Part shown: positions 26,369 through 41,190 of the stretch, piece by piece
Layout of the letters: every line of letters starts with the position of its first letter
How positions within the stretch are numbered: the first letter of the stretch is position 1
Origin: Eledone cirrhosa
Taxonomy: Eukaryota
Length of the DNA: 64,000 bases
Assembly: GCA_964016885.1 (NCBI GenBank)
Contig: OZ024743.1
Location: 265,980,001-266,044,000 of the forward strand
Reading direction: 5' to 3'
Translations under genes and position numbers: made by a program
The notes under the pieces: generated by a model
What the model was told of the DNA's origin: nothing
The model's input: the letters and a program-made list of their open reading frames with translations, nothing else
Database searches by the model: none

Positions 26369-27284
26369 TAGTTTAATAAATAATAAACAGAGAACAAAAA
26401 ATAGAAGAACGAAGAGGCAGTACAAATGATATTAGTATTACGCTTGAGAGTGTGTGTGTATGTGGGGGGGGGGCATATATATATATTTGTTTTATTTATC
26501 TGAAATGACCTCTGGTTGACCTCTCTGGTTTCTAGTCATTTTTAAATAACAGGGCTAGTGAACAGGCACATTTATCTGAGTGAATATCAAAAGGTATGGC
26601 AGTAATTGTTCCAGCTTTTTGGTTTCAGTTCAATTCAGGTTGAGGTAAACTTTGTATTATATCGTTTCGGATCTATGAGATTACATGTCCAGCGTGGTAA
26701 TTTTTCGGAATAATTAGATTGCCTTGCAATTTTTGTTTCGGATCTTTAAGTTCTAAGTTCAAATTCAAATAACGCTGCAGACTACTTGGATGGCAGGTTT
26801 AATCTGTCACCTGTAAAATGCTACCACCTGGCTTTTGACTGGCTTTATTAGTGGCTACACTGCTGCAAGCATTCAGTCCATGTTACCAAATTACCAACGC
26901 TCTTTTGTTACTCAATCTATGACATCGATGACTATTATTCTCTCCTGTGTTTTCTTTTCGTTTTGATTTTGTATTAAATACACCAACTTGTCGTTCATTG
27001 TATATTTCACAGAATGGGTGGTGAAAGAGAGTTGACAATTAAATAATTACCCGGTTTCTGAAGCGAGTCTGGGGTGTCTTAGTTGCCTGAATAATGACAA
27101 AGCCCATGTGAAACTCAGCTGGTGTATGTGTATCTATTAGCAGCATAACCCTCGCATGAAGAAATTTGGTAAAGGAACAGAAATTAACACATATATACAC
27201 ACACACACACATACACACTCACTCGCACGCACATATATATATTGATATATGTGGACTTAGTCATCAATTTCTTTCGTTAGTAGT

Positions 27285-27600
27285 TAGACTGTTGGGTTCA
27301 CAAACATGAGTTTTTAAAGTCGATTCCGTAACCGGGTGATGTGTTGAGTCTTTGAGCCAAAAACTTTATTTCACCTTGCGCCAGTTCCCTCGTCTGTAGA
27401 AATGATTTCCGACGTCACTGATACTAAGCTTTATTGGCCTTTACCCTTCCCATGCACAACATCGGTGGTACAGAGAGGGAGACTAGTATAAATAGGCGAA
27501 TGTTGATCTACAAACACCTTGCCTGGGCTTGTGTCTCAGAGGGGAACATTTTAGATGCAAACCCATGGTTATTACTTACTGAATAGGCCTTTACGTTCGT
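27285..27600 (+). mobile_element. Old SINE of a second family (related decayed copies at ~5965-6170 and ~56950-57250)
   Basis: Degenerate B-box (gtcgattccg) followed by a CORE-like tract tttgagccaaaaactttatttcaccttgc..cagt. Confidence 0.45.
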
Positions 27601-28788
27601 TAGAGACCTCTGAATTATCGTGGCGTGCTACTGAAATGACTTCTCGTGGCTTTTGTGATATCGAAAATTTTGCGCATTATGGCTTGGCTAGCAGATATAA
27701 TTACTCGTCATCACTATCGTCACCATAATCAGCTAAAACTAATTATAGCTGTATGATATAATGCTTTACAACAAAGTATTATAATGAATTATATACCAAA
27801 ATAACGTTCATTATCCGTTGGATTTTCCCGTGGGCATCTCTAAACTAATCAATTAATGATTAATGAATGCTATGGCGCCGTCTAGACAAAAATAAATTCT
27901 GATATGTTTTTTAAAATATATAGTCCGAGAGCATTAAATTTTTACTCTTTTATTTCTTAATTAAATCAACCGACTTTAATTAATTATTAACTTATATGAT
28001 GTTGTTTTGCTTCTTACATATTTTCATCATCATACTGATTAAGATTGTTGTTGGTTTCTCTGTTGCTGCTGTTGTTGTTGCTGATCTTGTTGTAGAAACA
28101 TAATTGTGTCGAAAATTCCATTCCATGCATTATTTTGTCCGGTCTATATTCAAATTCCGCCGACATGAACTTTGCTTTTAATTCATCCTGGTTCAATAAA
28201 ATATTATACTAATCATTTACAGTGGTCGATTTTATCATGTAAACCCTCACTTTAAGTTTAAATCCTTGGAGAGTATGTGCTGCATTCTTAGAAATTAATG
28301 CTCAACCGCACCCACCGCTTCATTTTAATAATAAGAGCCCAAGCAATCTTAGTTTGACATCATCAGTATTTCATAAACAGCTACTATTTTAACATTGATA
28401 TGTATGTCATTATTTCTATTAAGGAAACAACAATTTTAAAAAGTTGGATATAGACCTCAAAGAGTCAAAACACACGGCAAGGGTTCATGTGGGATGCTCA
28501 AACACTTCTGCTTAGCCAATGCCCTGAACTCGTGACTGGTATTTTATGTATGAATCTCGAAAGGGCCAAAGTCAAAGGGGACTCCGTTGAGATTTCAAAC
28601 ATTTCCCCGAGATCTAGAATAATTTCCACAATTTGAGACCTGCAATTAATGAGCTTTAAGGTAGAATGCATGTTTTTCATAGTTTAATTAGGGAAGGACA
28701 CGAAAGCCAATGTAACTTTTCAGAGAATGTGTTATAGGTCAGAAGAAACATTGAAGGTGCCTTCAAACTGATCTGGCTCGAATACATA

Positions 28789-28895
28789 CAACAGAGTGAA
28801 TGCTTGCAACCGAATGATTACTTGCAACAACGTAAATACTTTCAACTGAATAAATATTCTCAACCGAGTAAACATTTTCAACCGAGTGAACACCA
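28789..28895. repeat. Degenerate 18-bp tandem repeat, about six units
   Basis: caacagagtgaatgcttg / caaccgaatgattacttg / caacaacgtaaatacttt / caactgaataaatattct / caaccgagtaaacatttt / caaccgagtgaacacc. Confidence 0.85.
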
Positions 28896-29609
28896 TGAAA
28901 ATTCTGCTGGTGCTACTACATGTTGTTAAACCGAATGACTAGTTAATTCTAACCCCAACTAGGACGACAGCGGGGTTTGAACTCAGAATGCAAGGATCAG
29001 GAACAAATATGCTAAGCAACTTGTCGGACGCTCTAACAATTTAGGAGATGCATAACCATGCACCACTATGCACGTTATTTTAACAATCCCGAACAAATGA
29101 GAGGAATTGTTGAAGTTGGCGGATTTGAAACAAATACTACAATTATATCCGTCGCTCTAACGTCGCTGCTACGTATTGACTTACTTAACTGCGATTCGAT
29201 CGGGTCTACTACTGAGAGTTTTTGTTTTAATCTACTGAAAGCATTCTTGTTATGATTTGATGTAGTGAGACATCTAAGGACTGGGGAAGAAATAGTGACA
29301 GAGGGATAGAGAGGGAGAGAGTGTGAGTGTGTGAAAGAGACAGATAGAGGGGGGAGAGAAAGAGAGGGAAAGAGAGGGGTGATAAAGAGAGAGGGAAAGA
29401 GAGGGTCGAGAAAGAGAGAGAGTGAGAGAGAACAATTCTCTTGGGCCCTTGATTTACGATTATGTAATCAACAGAAATTAATATTTCTATTTACCTTAAG
29501 TTTCAAAAGAAAATATTATATTAAAATTCAAATGTTTACGAGATGTTTTTCCCCGGTGAAGCCATTTTCGCTCGACTTCACGTTGAAGCCATAATCTGAA
29601 GTGAGTGCG

Positions 29610-29676
<67 letters not shown>

Positions 29677-29691
29677 GTATATATATATGTA

Positions 29692-29920
<229 letters not shown>

Positions 29921-30329
29921 GAAATATTCGGTCCCTCCATGGCTGAGCACCGGCCGTTTCAACAGCTATATAATTTTTCAAATTAATCTCTCTACTACCC
30001 CAGTATTCTCGTGACTAATAGTCTAACTGGATTTTCCCGCCTCCATTCTGATATGTATATATATATTTATAGCAAAGAAGGCGTGGTAAGATATCAGGTG
30101 GACCATAACAATGGGCTTAGTTCGGATCTAGCTGTCGAAACGCCCGGGGATCAGCCGCCGGGGTCCTGACTCTTTTTGTATATATATATGTAAACACATA
30201 TATATTTATATATATATGTGCGTTTACATAATTGTAGGCAATATTGCCGACATATTAATATCAACAGCTTGTAAGACAGCAGTACTATCAAATACATTTT
30301 ACGTTCAATCTTTTGTGTGCCTTTAACCT

Positions 30330-30900
30330 ATGTTAGGTTACTCCAGAACCACATTACCCAGTGTTCATTTATGCTGGTGGTGTTGTGATAAGAGGAATTC
30401 CACTGACAAGTATGACGTTTTTCTTCTATACGCAAAGTAACCAGAATCACATTATCCAAATTATCTTTTTCCTGCCGGAAAGGTTTTTCAGAGAGAATTC
30501 GCTAGTACTTCGCCAATGTGCAGAAAATAAATCTTTAACGCACTTTGCCCAGATTTATAACAAAATTAGACAGCAGGTATGGAATTTCCTCTAGAATCGT
30601 TACATCTTCGGTGTGTATGTTTTGCGATATATGCGCCAACTCTGCTCACTGTTCAAATCCCGCTAAGGCCAATATGCTTTCCAAACTTTCGAGGTCAATA
30701 AGAAAAGGTTTACTCTAGTAATTAGGGCGCTTTCTTCTCTATATATCTTTCGCACTATCTCGCAATGACTCCCTCCACTTCTGTGGAGGAAATCGGCTAG
30801 GTTCAGACCAGTAGAAGAGATAGTATCCACCAGGTCTACAGAATAACCAAGAAACACCTTACGGCACTACGGCACTCATGTAACGGAAAGAAGAAGCATT
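30330..30900 (-). mobile_element. Possible decayed mariner transposase remnant
   Basis: Minus strand EEKRHTCQW followed by a ..FW-like segment resembles the mariner YDPETKxQSxxW...VFWD region; very degenerate. Confidence 0.3.
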
Positions 30901-32696
30901 TATCCTCAGGAGTATGTTTCGTAGTTTAGTAAATTATTTAATAGATTGTGTTACTAATAACTGCTAAGGTGTGAGCATTCCACTAAATTAATAATATAAT
31001 CAATAAATGAATATTATTTAAAATCAGTATGTAGGCAATGCACATTTCTGAGTCAAAATGTTCCCTTGACATGCTTCATATACTGGATTGCTCCATCGAC
31101 TTTTCTTGGTGGTGGGAGGAAAGATGTATTCACCTTCTGCGTTGAATAGTGGATGGACTAATCAATTTTATGTGTGCAGCAAGAAGGGTTCCACATGTTT
31201 GACAATTAGTGAGATTGACGAGATTGCAATAAAATTGGCTTGAGGTAAAGAACTGCCCAAAGAATATTATGAAACGAACTGATAGATCACTTTTCTGAAT
31301 TGATATAACACGGGAGTTTATGGCTGTAACCTGAAACCAGGAGAAAATAGCTTGAACATCGAAAACAAATATTTCCTCAACCATTTGAATTTTATCATTA
31401 TGAAAATCATATATTAAAATTAGGGAAACTCATAATTAGAATGTTCCTGCTTTTTACAACCTACTATACTGCTAAGCTGGAATGATTTTATTAAATAACC
31501 AAGCAATCATTGAGGTATTAGCTAATTATATTATTATGAATTTTACGATCAACATGATTGTCAGCAAGAAGACTGCATTTCATAAATAGGAAATTAGGAA
31601 AAAGTACAAGAAATCACAGCAGATACAATGTAAATGATTTACGGCTACGTTATGCGTTACTAATTCATTTATCATTACTCATTCATGAAGTATTCTGGTT
31701 CCCAAACACCCACACTCCAACAGACACATTCTGCGTAATTAGTTTCTATAACACGTACGGTGTGCTTCGTTGAATGATTTGCGAGGTAAAATTCAACCTA
31801 TGTTCTTTATGAAAGGAACTTCAAAACCGACAGGAATCACACTTAACATCTCAAATCAACGAATTCATAATTCTTTTTACCACATAAATGCTGTTTTCAA
31901 ACGATTCATATAATAGTCTAACCCTTGGGATTCCTTCGCTATGTTATGATTGTTCTTTGGTCTTCTGAACAGCTCTGATTCACAAAATCTATGATGAAAG
32001 GCGTTCGTCCCATGGTTGTCTTCTCTTGTTCATTGCATTTCTATGAGGTTGTTATCATAACTCATCCAACTCATCTTTCTATGCGGTCGGGTTTGAACAC
32101 GTAAACTTTGAACCATAAAAATCAAACCGCGCAAAGGAATTAGATTAAGTACATGAAACAAATATAACCATGTTTCTTTTTTCACCAAATTACCCTTATT
32201 TTTAAGCAGGTTGATAAATAAGCCTAGCCCCAGGGATTATTGCCCTAATTATTGTGTGTTTGGCTTTTCCAAAGATCTACTAACTGACCTAGCACATAGA
32301 TTATCAAAAGCATAGCATCGTCTGCTATCTTCTACTCTTGCGCTTCACGTCTCTAGTAATACATAAATCAATGCACCCCTCTCTATTCAGGAGAGTAGAG
32401 TTTACGTCGAAGGAGGAGTGACTGTCATGTCTAGCAAACGGAATAATCACATGCATGCTACTTCATTGCAGTTTTGACTCACTGTGAATAGTGAATATTC
32501 TTAAACAGATAAAACAAGGACCGAGGAAATAGGATTTATTTTTATTCTCTCCGCAATGTTTTTAATAACGGTTGTTCTCTTTTACATTTGTTTTCCTTGA
32601 TTCTTTGCCAATATATGTGTAACCAAAGTCCTTTTGTGAGGACTTACGTTACAGAATCAATGCTAATCCAACCACATTTCTCATTCTTTTTGGCAG

Positions 32697-32787
32697 AAGC
32701 TGAATGTCGGGAAATCGATAGCCGAGTAAGCTTTCCCGATAAGAAGAACTACATATCCTCTCCCGAATTCCCGCGACTATATAAAAG
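32697..32787 (+). CDS. CUB-domain protein exon (N-terminal third of CUB repeat n+1)
   Basis: ttttggcag acceptor and gtaagg donor; (E)AECREIDSRVSFPDKKNYISSPEFPRLYK(R) contains the CUB I-x-SP-x-FP-x-x-Y motif; 91 nt, phase 1 to 2. Confidence 0.88.
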
Positions 32788-33204
32788 GTAAGGTTCAATA
32801 ATAATTAGTCACAATCATATACTATAAACATAGTCAAACACGTACATACGTTTCAGTTAGTGTATATATATGCCAGTCAGTGTGTGTGTGTGAGTAGCTC
32901 TATGTGTATCTGTGGATATGCGTTTATTTGTGTATGTATATGTGTGTGTATATGTATGAGGAGGGGCACAGCAAGAAGAAAGTGAAATCGTACTTCTGTT
33001 GTATGACACATCGGAATGATTTTCTTAGTTTCGAACATTCTTATCTTCATTCTTTCTTCACTTTTTTCAGGTACATTTTATGATGTTCCGTTTTCTGGTG
33101 TATAGAAGATGTGATCATATATATATATATATACACATCGTACCTACATACGTGGTGGCTAATAGAGAAATATATCTATCTATCTATCTATATATATATA
33201 TATA

Positions 33205-33257
<53 letters not shown>

Positions 33258-33271
33258 TATGTGTGTGTGTG

Positions 33272-33319
<48 letters not shown>

Positions 33320-33769
33320 CAGGTATGTGGGAGTGTACGACTTGGTGTCTTGATGTTCCTTTTTTGCGACTTTTTCTATTTTTACTCCACCTCTAAGATC
33401 ATCATAATTTCAGTGAAGACTACTTTGTCGTAAGTTCTGGTAACTTCTTCGAGAAATTCTTTCATCTTTATTGCTTATGATTTATCGTTTCACAGAGGAA
33501 ATCATAATAGTTGAATGAATAATTTATCGCCTACACGACTCACCATATCTAGCCCCTATACCACACAGATGCATATGGGGTTGGCGATGCTGTAGGGCTT
33601 GTGTGGTCTCTATTAATGTAGTGTTGTCAGTGTTGTTTTTGGTATCGTTGGTTTGGGGAACAGATTCTGTTGCAGCTACAGTAACTAGTGCATATGCCAT
33701 TATTCTTATTTCTTGGTTCGGTTTAGCTTAACAAAATCAAATTTGTGTACACCACTAGGCAAACAATCT

Positions 33770-34560
33770 CCTTTCAAGAAACATTACTTGGAAACACCAT
33801 ATATACGTATGAATTTCAAATACTACCCAGCCATATGTAGCAACCTAGTGAAAGGTATTAGTCGAAAAAGTATTACCTGATAAACAAACACAGATATATT
33901 TTCCAGCTATTTGCATTCCACGGCAATGAGGCACACTGTAGATTCAAAGTAAAGCTAGCATATGTTATGTAGCTCCCAACCGCCCGAATAAATGTTAAGA
34001 AGTGAATGAAAATTTGATTCAATCTTCCATTCAGCCAGAATGCATCAACAGTTATTGATGAGATATTCCCGCACTACAACAGTCACATCCCTAACAACCA
34101 CATATACCATAAACTTTTCAACTCTCATAATGTTAAAGTTAGTTATTCCTGTATAGAGAGCATTGGTCTAAAATCGTACAGTACAGTCGTGGTGTCCAAT
34201 ACTGTCATATTTGCTTTTGTTAGAGATTGCGCATACTGCAGTAAACTATGATATCTATCAACAGGCAAATCAACATAAGGTATTGTTGTGACTCATGAAA
34301 AATCTTGTTAGCCATATTCAAACATCTGGCCCTGGACATCCATAAAGAACAAACTTAGCTCCAATTACACTTGAGCATCAGAAAAATGGGGAGCCTTTAC
34401 CCTGTAACTGACGTGCCAAAAAGAACTACATCAATTTAAGCATATATACCAGAAGACTGCCTCTGCTTATCCTCAAGCCTACATTGTACGAGCAGAATAA
34501 TATACTAATTCAGTATACTGCAACATCAGAGCACGATTCAAGATAACTGTCAAATTTCAG
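33770..34560 (+). mobile_element. Decayed Penelope-like RT-thumb/linker/GIY-YIG remnant
   Basis: (W)FNLPFSQNASTVI and YHKLFNSHNVKVSYSCIESIG (~34015-34165) match the PLE WFNPPFS / FNRNTVKVSYSC motifs. Confidence 0.75.
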
Positions 34561-34562
34561 CA

Positions 34563-34754
34563 GATAATTGTTTCTACTTTTGGCACAAGGCCAGCAATTA
34601 CCCAGTACATTACTGGTACTTTATTTTATCGACCCCGTAAGGATGAAAGGCAAAGTTAACCTCGACGGGATTTGAACTCAGACCGTAAAGGGACGTAACT
34701 ATGCTGGAAAGCATGGCGTCCGACTCTCTAACGATACTGCCAATCCACCGCCCT
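34563..34754 (-). mobile_element. tRNA-derived SINE, full-length copy
   Basis: Reverse complement of the 10180-10370 family, including the B-box (gggatttgaactc on +). Confidence 0.88.
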
Positions 34755-36115
34755 GTATTTCAGCAGATAATAGAACGCAATCAGTCGTCATGTTACCCTA
34801 GCTGATATTACATCACATTCGGTTAAATTACCTGTGAACCAGCTTGTACAAGTTTCCTTTTTATCATAGCCGATGGAGATGGTCGCATTTACGGATACGA
34901 AGAAGTTACATAATGCAAATGTATGTCAATCATCATATTATAAATTTTCTTAACTTCCATATCGTCTGATGATAGCCTTTGATTGTACACAGATATATCG
35001 GTATGCATTTGTGTATGTAAAAATGTATGTATGTATGCATCATTATATTTATGTAGAAACATATGCACTTACCTATTTACACACATAATTACACTCATAT
35101 TTACACAAATATCTATACTTATTTACACACCTACGGATACATTTACGTACACACACATACGTCATATACATCATATACATGCTTACACACGGTCGTTCTT
35201 ACACTCGAACATTAATACATACATACATTAGCAGTATTACACATGCGTTTATGGATACGGGTATGTTTAAACCTACCACAAACCAAATAAAAAAAAAGAA
35301 ATAAACAGCTACTACGAAGGAAAACCTTGATTTATCTGAAGCCCTACACCTACGGATCCCATATCATAATGGATTGTAAATCTGAAAAATTGGGTTACAA
35401 ATAAGTTGCTAAAGTAATTTCAGTGATTGTTTCTTTTTCTTTACTCTTATTTTCCTTCTACTCTGAGATGTCTACATCTTCTCTCGCAGTCTCCATCCGA
35501 CTTATTTGCTCTGTAATTGTAACCTATTTGCACTGTACGGCTTCCCCCTCTCTCTCTCTCACTCACTATATATATATATATATATATATATTGTATATAT
35601 ATATAAAGAGAGAGAGGGAGGGCCGTATTAGGAGATATTGACGCAAGTTCTTCTTTGGAAGGATGAGAGAAGTTTGGGTTCACGAGCCTTCAGAATTTGA
35701 CCACTTTTCACAAACTGATATTTTGTAATAAATGTCATTTTCAATATAATGTATATCTACTTACACAAGCAACGAAATTATTTCATTAAAAACGATAAGT
35801 GAAGAAACGCCATCAAGTCAGCTGTTCGTTGTTATTTGGCTATTGTTCGTAGATAGAGACATAGATGTTGAAGTAAAATGAGTGGAAACGGAGGCAGAGA
35901 GAACGAAAGCCGGCTCCATACACCACGACAACGTACGGTCTGAACAGAGTCTAGTGTGCGATATTAAAATGAATTTACACACTATGTTTTAGTCATAGAA
36001 ATTTGAATGGGTTTATTCAGATGGAAACTATAAGTTACATGACTAGGAATAAAATATAGAATATATATCACATATTTTATCACGTATATGTGTATAGGTT
36101 TATGTGTGTCTGTGT

Positions 36116-36168
<53 letters not shown>

Positions 36169-36177
36169 CCCATATAT

Positions 36178-36265
<88 letters not shown>

Positions 36266-36365
36266 GTAAAACACGAAAAGTTAGTTCATACTTTGAAAGC
36301 ACGTTCACACGATCTCTCCTTCTTCCCGTCTCTTTCTCTCTCTCAAACACACACACACACACACA

Positions 36366-36433
<68 letters not shown>

Positions 36434-36904
36434 TACATATATATATATATATGCGTGTGTGTGAGTGCGTGTATATGTTGTATGGCTATATCGAAAATGC
36501 GTAATTTTTGGTCATATTTTATCGCAAGTTCCTTACACTTTCTTTACAGCTATCTTACTAAATCCATCTTCTTTGTTTCAACCCGTTCACAGTCTATTTT
36601 TCGGGATGCAGCCGAATTGGCGTGTTTCTTTTTCTATTCATTGTTGTTGGGGTCAATATTATCGGTGGAGGCATTACTGTCGGAACTTCAAGATTCCCTC
36701 TTAGATTTATAACTAAACTGTCAAGTGATAATTTCTTTTTCTGACATGTGGCTATCATCTATTTTTTTATGTTGGCTTTCGCCTCTCCGATATCTTTTCG
36801 TTCTATTAGCAATCTTCTATTTTTGTGGTGATCCTATAGAGTATAATTATATTTTCCTCACTCACTCTCTAACACACACACACACGCACACACACGCATA
36901 TATT

Positions 36905-37002
<98 letters not shown>

Positions 37003-37396
37003 GATATCAAGTTTTTGTTTTAGGTAATCCAGTTAGAAGTTGTGAGTACTCTGTACTATGGATGTTTTAACGTACGGCGCTGTTTGACTCAACAAGAGGT
37101 TTGCTTAGTTAGGTAGCGAGTTTGCGAGAATTCCGTTGCAGGTTATTCTTGGAGTAATAGTAGTGAAAGAGTGAAGAATAACATGGTCGGCTGTACAGGA
37201 TGGGTTTTATTAACAATTGTTTCATTGATCAGGTGAGTCTAAAGGCCGCTAATCACTCGAAGTTGCATCACTCGACCTTAAATACAGTGTTTGTCTCTGA
37301 TCAAATCATCGGAATACCGGAGGGTGTATTGGCATTGGTATTTATAGATATATCGGAGAATCAAGTGAATGAAAACGATGACATCAATAATAAAAG

Positions 37397-37580
37397 ATAA
37401 TTGTTTCTACTTTAGGCACAAGGCCAGCAATTACCCAGTGCATTACTGGTACTTTATTTTATCGACCCCGTAAGGATGAAAGGCAAAGTCAACCTCGGCG
37501 GGATTTGAACTCACATCGTAAAGGGACGTAACTATGCTGGAAAGCATGGCGTCCGACAATCTACCGATACTGCCAATCCA
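37397..37580 (-). mobile_element. tRNA-derived SINE
   Basis: Highly similar to 34563-34754. Confidence 0.88.
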
Positions 37581-38199
37581 ATAAAAGATAATAACAGATA
37601 ATAATAAAGAAGTTAGAATGAAAATGATAATGATGTAAAAAAATAAGCAAAGAACAAGTACAGAATACGATTGCTGATAATCGTAGTAATGGTGGTAGTT
37701 GAAGTTATAGTGGTGAGTAAGTGGATGTGTAAAATAGTGATGACGGTAAAGGTAACAATAACATGAAAAGAAATACGAAATACATAATATGTAGTATAAA
37801 TGCAATATGTATAATCATATCGCAGAGGATTAAAATAAAAAATAAAAAATAAATAAGAGAGGAAGAGAAAAGGGAGAGGAGGCAGTGAGTGAGGATAAGG
37901 ATTCGAGGATGAGACATTAGTGGTAGGACTAATGACGGGGATGGAGTAGATAGATAGATAGAGAATAAAAACTGAAAGGGGCAGTGATGGTATATGGGTG
38001 GTTAATGTCTGTGACCCTGATTGTTTTATCTTAAAGGAGGTGATGCGGCTATATATAGAGAGAGAGTGAAAGAAAGGTTGGGAGATTTATGATGTTCATT
38101 TAATGACCAGTTGGTCAGTTTACAGCTAATAACAGTGGGGTGCTATGGAGCTGGTACATTAACATCCGTGTGGTTCTGCTTGAATTCTGTAATTGCGGC

Positions 38200-38930
38200 A
38201 TCGAATCATGCCGGTTTGAAGTTAGAGAACTTGGTAGCTGCTTTGTACCTACATAACATTGATCGTTCTATTTTGTTCTTAAGCAGCATTTTATCATACT
38301 CTAAAATATGGAGCAGCTCCATGTTCGCAGTGCGACATTACATTTTTGTAGGCCCTTGTACTCGGTAACTTCGACCAGCTAATCTCATATTCTTGGTTGA
38401 TGTCCTTAAGCTGTCAGATCTTATTAGCCAGCGTCGTTGAGTTCTCTAGTTTACGGGTTTTTTTTTATAGAAAGTCTATGTACATACCTTTGTTTTTTAT
38501 TCCCCAGCAGTAGAACCTATGCAGTACCATGTTAAGTTACCTGATTTGATAGTACACAGGTACACTATATTTGGTTCCAGGCATCTATTTTGTAGTGGAC
38601 ATTTATCCGGCAGATGGCAGTTACACTTGAACGTCTTCCTGTGTGCAGGTTCTCCGTTGCGATTTTGTATGTTGTTAGGAATGGGCTGAGATTTATGTTT
38701 ATTGATGTTTTGTTGCGATGTACCCTGACGTGTATGTGGTTGTGATGTTGTTATGTGTTTGCGTTTTGTATTTGGTGCTACGGTGTGTGTTTGTATGTTA
38801 TTTTCCTTAGAGTTTATTTTGCAGTTGATTTTATGTATGTGTCATACTATGTTGGCTGCAGTAAATTATGAGAGTTTTATAGTTTTTCTGTTAAATATTC
38901 TATGGTATTTGTGTAGTTTGTCAATTAGTT
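38200..38930 (-). mobile_element. Decayed Penelope-like GIY-YIG fragment
   Basis: Minus strand CNCHLPDKCPLQNRCLEPNIVYLCTIKSGNLTWYCIGSTAGE*K (~38495-38627). Confidence 0.78.
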
Positions 38931-38932
38931 TT

Positions 38933-38993
<61 letters not shown>

Positions 38994-39667
38994 GAAAAGT
39001 ATAGAAATTGTTGTATCGAGAAGCTAACAGTATTCAATAACATATATGCGACTATAGCGTCAAAATGGGAAAATAGTTAACATAAGATATGGGAAAAATA
39101 ATTCAGACTCAATTCAAAAGGAATCAGGATATAGATTTATCCAACAGAATTTAGAGAAATCCAGGGAAAAATCAATAGAGCCTTAACGCATGATAAAACA
39201 AAGTCTAAAGTACCCAACCTTCAATTTGGGACAACTTCAAATGCTCTGTATAGTCTTGAAAAGACTATTTCACGAAAACTTTCAGTGGAGATGGTTACGT
39301 TTGGATTTGGTTCCTCAGCAGAGCTCAACATGGTAACCAAGGTCTCACTGGTAATATGCCAAAAATGGAATTTAAAAGCAGGCTAGTTTAACATCATGCG
39401 TGGTTATTAAAATAAACACACATGTGTAAAAACAGGGCTGGTGACGTCAGAATGAGACAAATGTTTGTTTACATGAAACAACAGTCAAAAACATTCCGAA
39501 AGAAAACTCTACAAAAGGAGTTCAGCAAAACGCAATATCATCGCGTGTTTTTTTCCCCCAAAAAATACCGGGATTAGTAAATATATATATATATATATTC
39601 TCGGGAACAATTTTGAATAGCGTTCGTAATTAGAACTCGGGAATTTTATATTCTCCGAGAGAAAAGA

Positions 39668-39753
39668 ATCTTCTGACGAGAGTCTTTTTTTTCAATGGAT
39701 GTCCGTAAGGACTATCCATTTATTTTTGAGACTTGAAACCGTACGGTAAGGGT
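39668..39753 (+). ncRNA. Type I hammerhead ribozyme, intact canonical core, extended stem II
   Basis: atctt-CTGACGA-GAGTCT...AATGGAT-GTCC(gtaa)GGAC-t-ATCCATT...AGACTT-GAA-ACC(gtac)GGT-A-agggt. Confidence 0.88.
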
Positions 39754-39823
39754 AACTACAGCAGGTACAGTGAATTTTTAAAAATTTATTGTAAACTTTT
39801 TCTTATTTGCTAAACGTTGATTA

Positions 39824-39961
<138 letters not shown>

Positions 39962-40141
39962 TGTAGAAGATTGGGTAAAATACCCTTAGGGACAGAAAAT
40001 AAATATCCATCATGCACTACATGAAAATCAAATCTGTACCCATAAAGTGCGTTACATTTTCACTAAATGTTTCATGATCACTTAAGTTTTGTCCCTAAGA
40101 TATTTAAGCCGATGTTCTTAATCTTATTATCATTATTCTAA

Positions 40142-40302
40142 AGGGGCAGTGAATTGCAGTATCGGTAGAGGATCGGACGCCATGCTTTCCAGTATAGTTA
40201 CGACCCTTCATGGTCTGAGTTCAAATCCCGTCAAGGTTAACTTTGCCTTTCCTCCTTACGGTGTCGATAAAATAAAGTACCAGTAATGTACTGGTTATTG
40301 CT
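40142..40302 (+). mobile_element. tRNA-derived SINE (a 3' tail fragment of the family also lies at 43044-43105)
   Basis: Same family as 10180-10370; B-box gagttcaaatccc. Confidence 0.85.
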
Positions 40303-41126
40303 GATCAAATAATAAGATGATTAAATAATAAATATTAATACAAAATGCATAAATTTATTGAGGAAAAAACGTGCTCTTTTTTTTATTATAAGCCTCACTG
40401 TCGAAATAATCAAGTGTGAGCAAACTTTTCCTATTGGCTTTACGTACAAAGTAAATAAAAAACTAAAACACATATTGTCTTTAAGCATTTCAAAGCCGTT
40501 TGCCTTTTCACCAAATACAACAAAAGTATGCTGGTGCAAATGAAGAGAATACATTAAGGGACGATACTTAAAATCAAATACAAGCCGGAAGAAACCTAAA
40601 GCGGAAGTTGATTTTCATAACGTGCATTCGTTTTGTAACCTAATTAATTGAATAATAAATATTTATGTATAACTCAATCTACATATAGACGAAATAAAAA
40701 AAAACGGAACTTGTCTTCTAAATAAATACGGCCAGTAAAACGTCTTTAAATACTATATAACATTATTTATGAGTTCATATATATATATATATATATATCC
40801 ACCCCCCTCCTCACTCTCAAGAGCGTGAAACTAATAAACCTTTGTTTGTACTGCCTCTCCGTTTTCGTTCCCGTTCCAATTTTCACTATATATATACGCG
40901 CGTGTGTGTGTACATATATATAAATATATGTACACACACACACACACATATATAAGTATACATAAATTATATATACATTCACACACACATACATATATAA
41001 GTATATATACATTCACACACACATACATATATAGCAAGTGTGTATGCGTGTGAGGAGCGACAGAGAGAGAGAAAGAGAGAGAGAGAAAGAGAGAGAGAGT
41101 GATAGAGAGAGAATGTGAGAGAGCGT

Positions 41127-41190
<64 letters not shown>

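Noticed and set aside
28789-28895. CRISPR-like array (also considered for 42200-42336)
   Set aside because: These are head-to-tail tandem units without unique spacers, in a eukaryotic context with no cas genes.
34660-34754. tRNA gene suggested by A/B-box-like sequence
   Set aside because: No cloverleaf is evident, and it is attached to a SINE body and tail shared by several copies.
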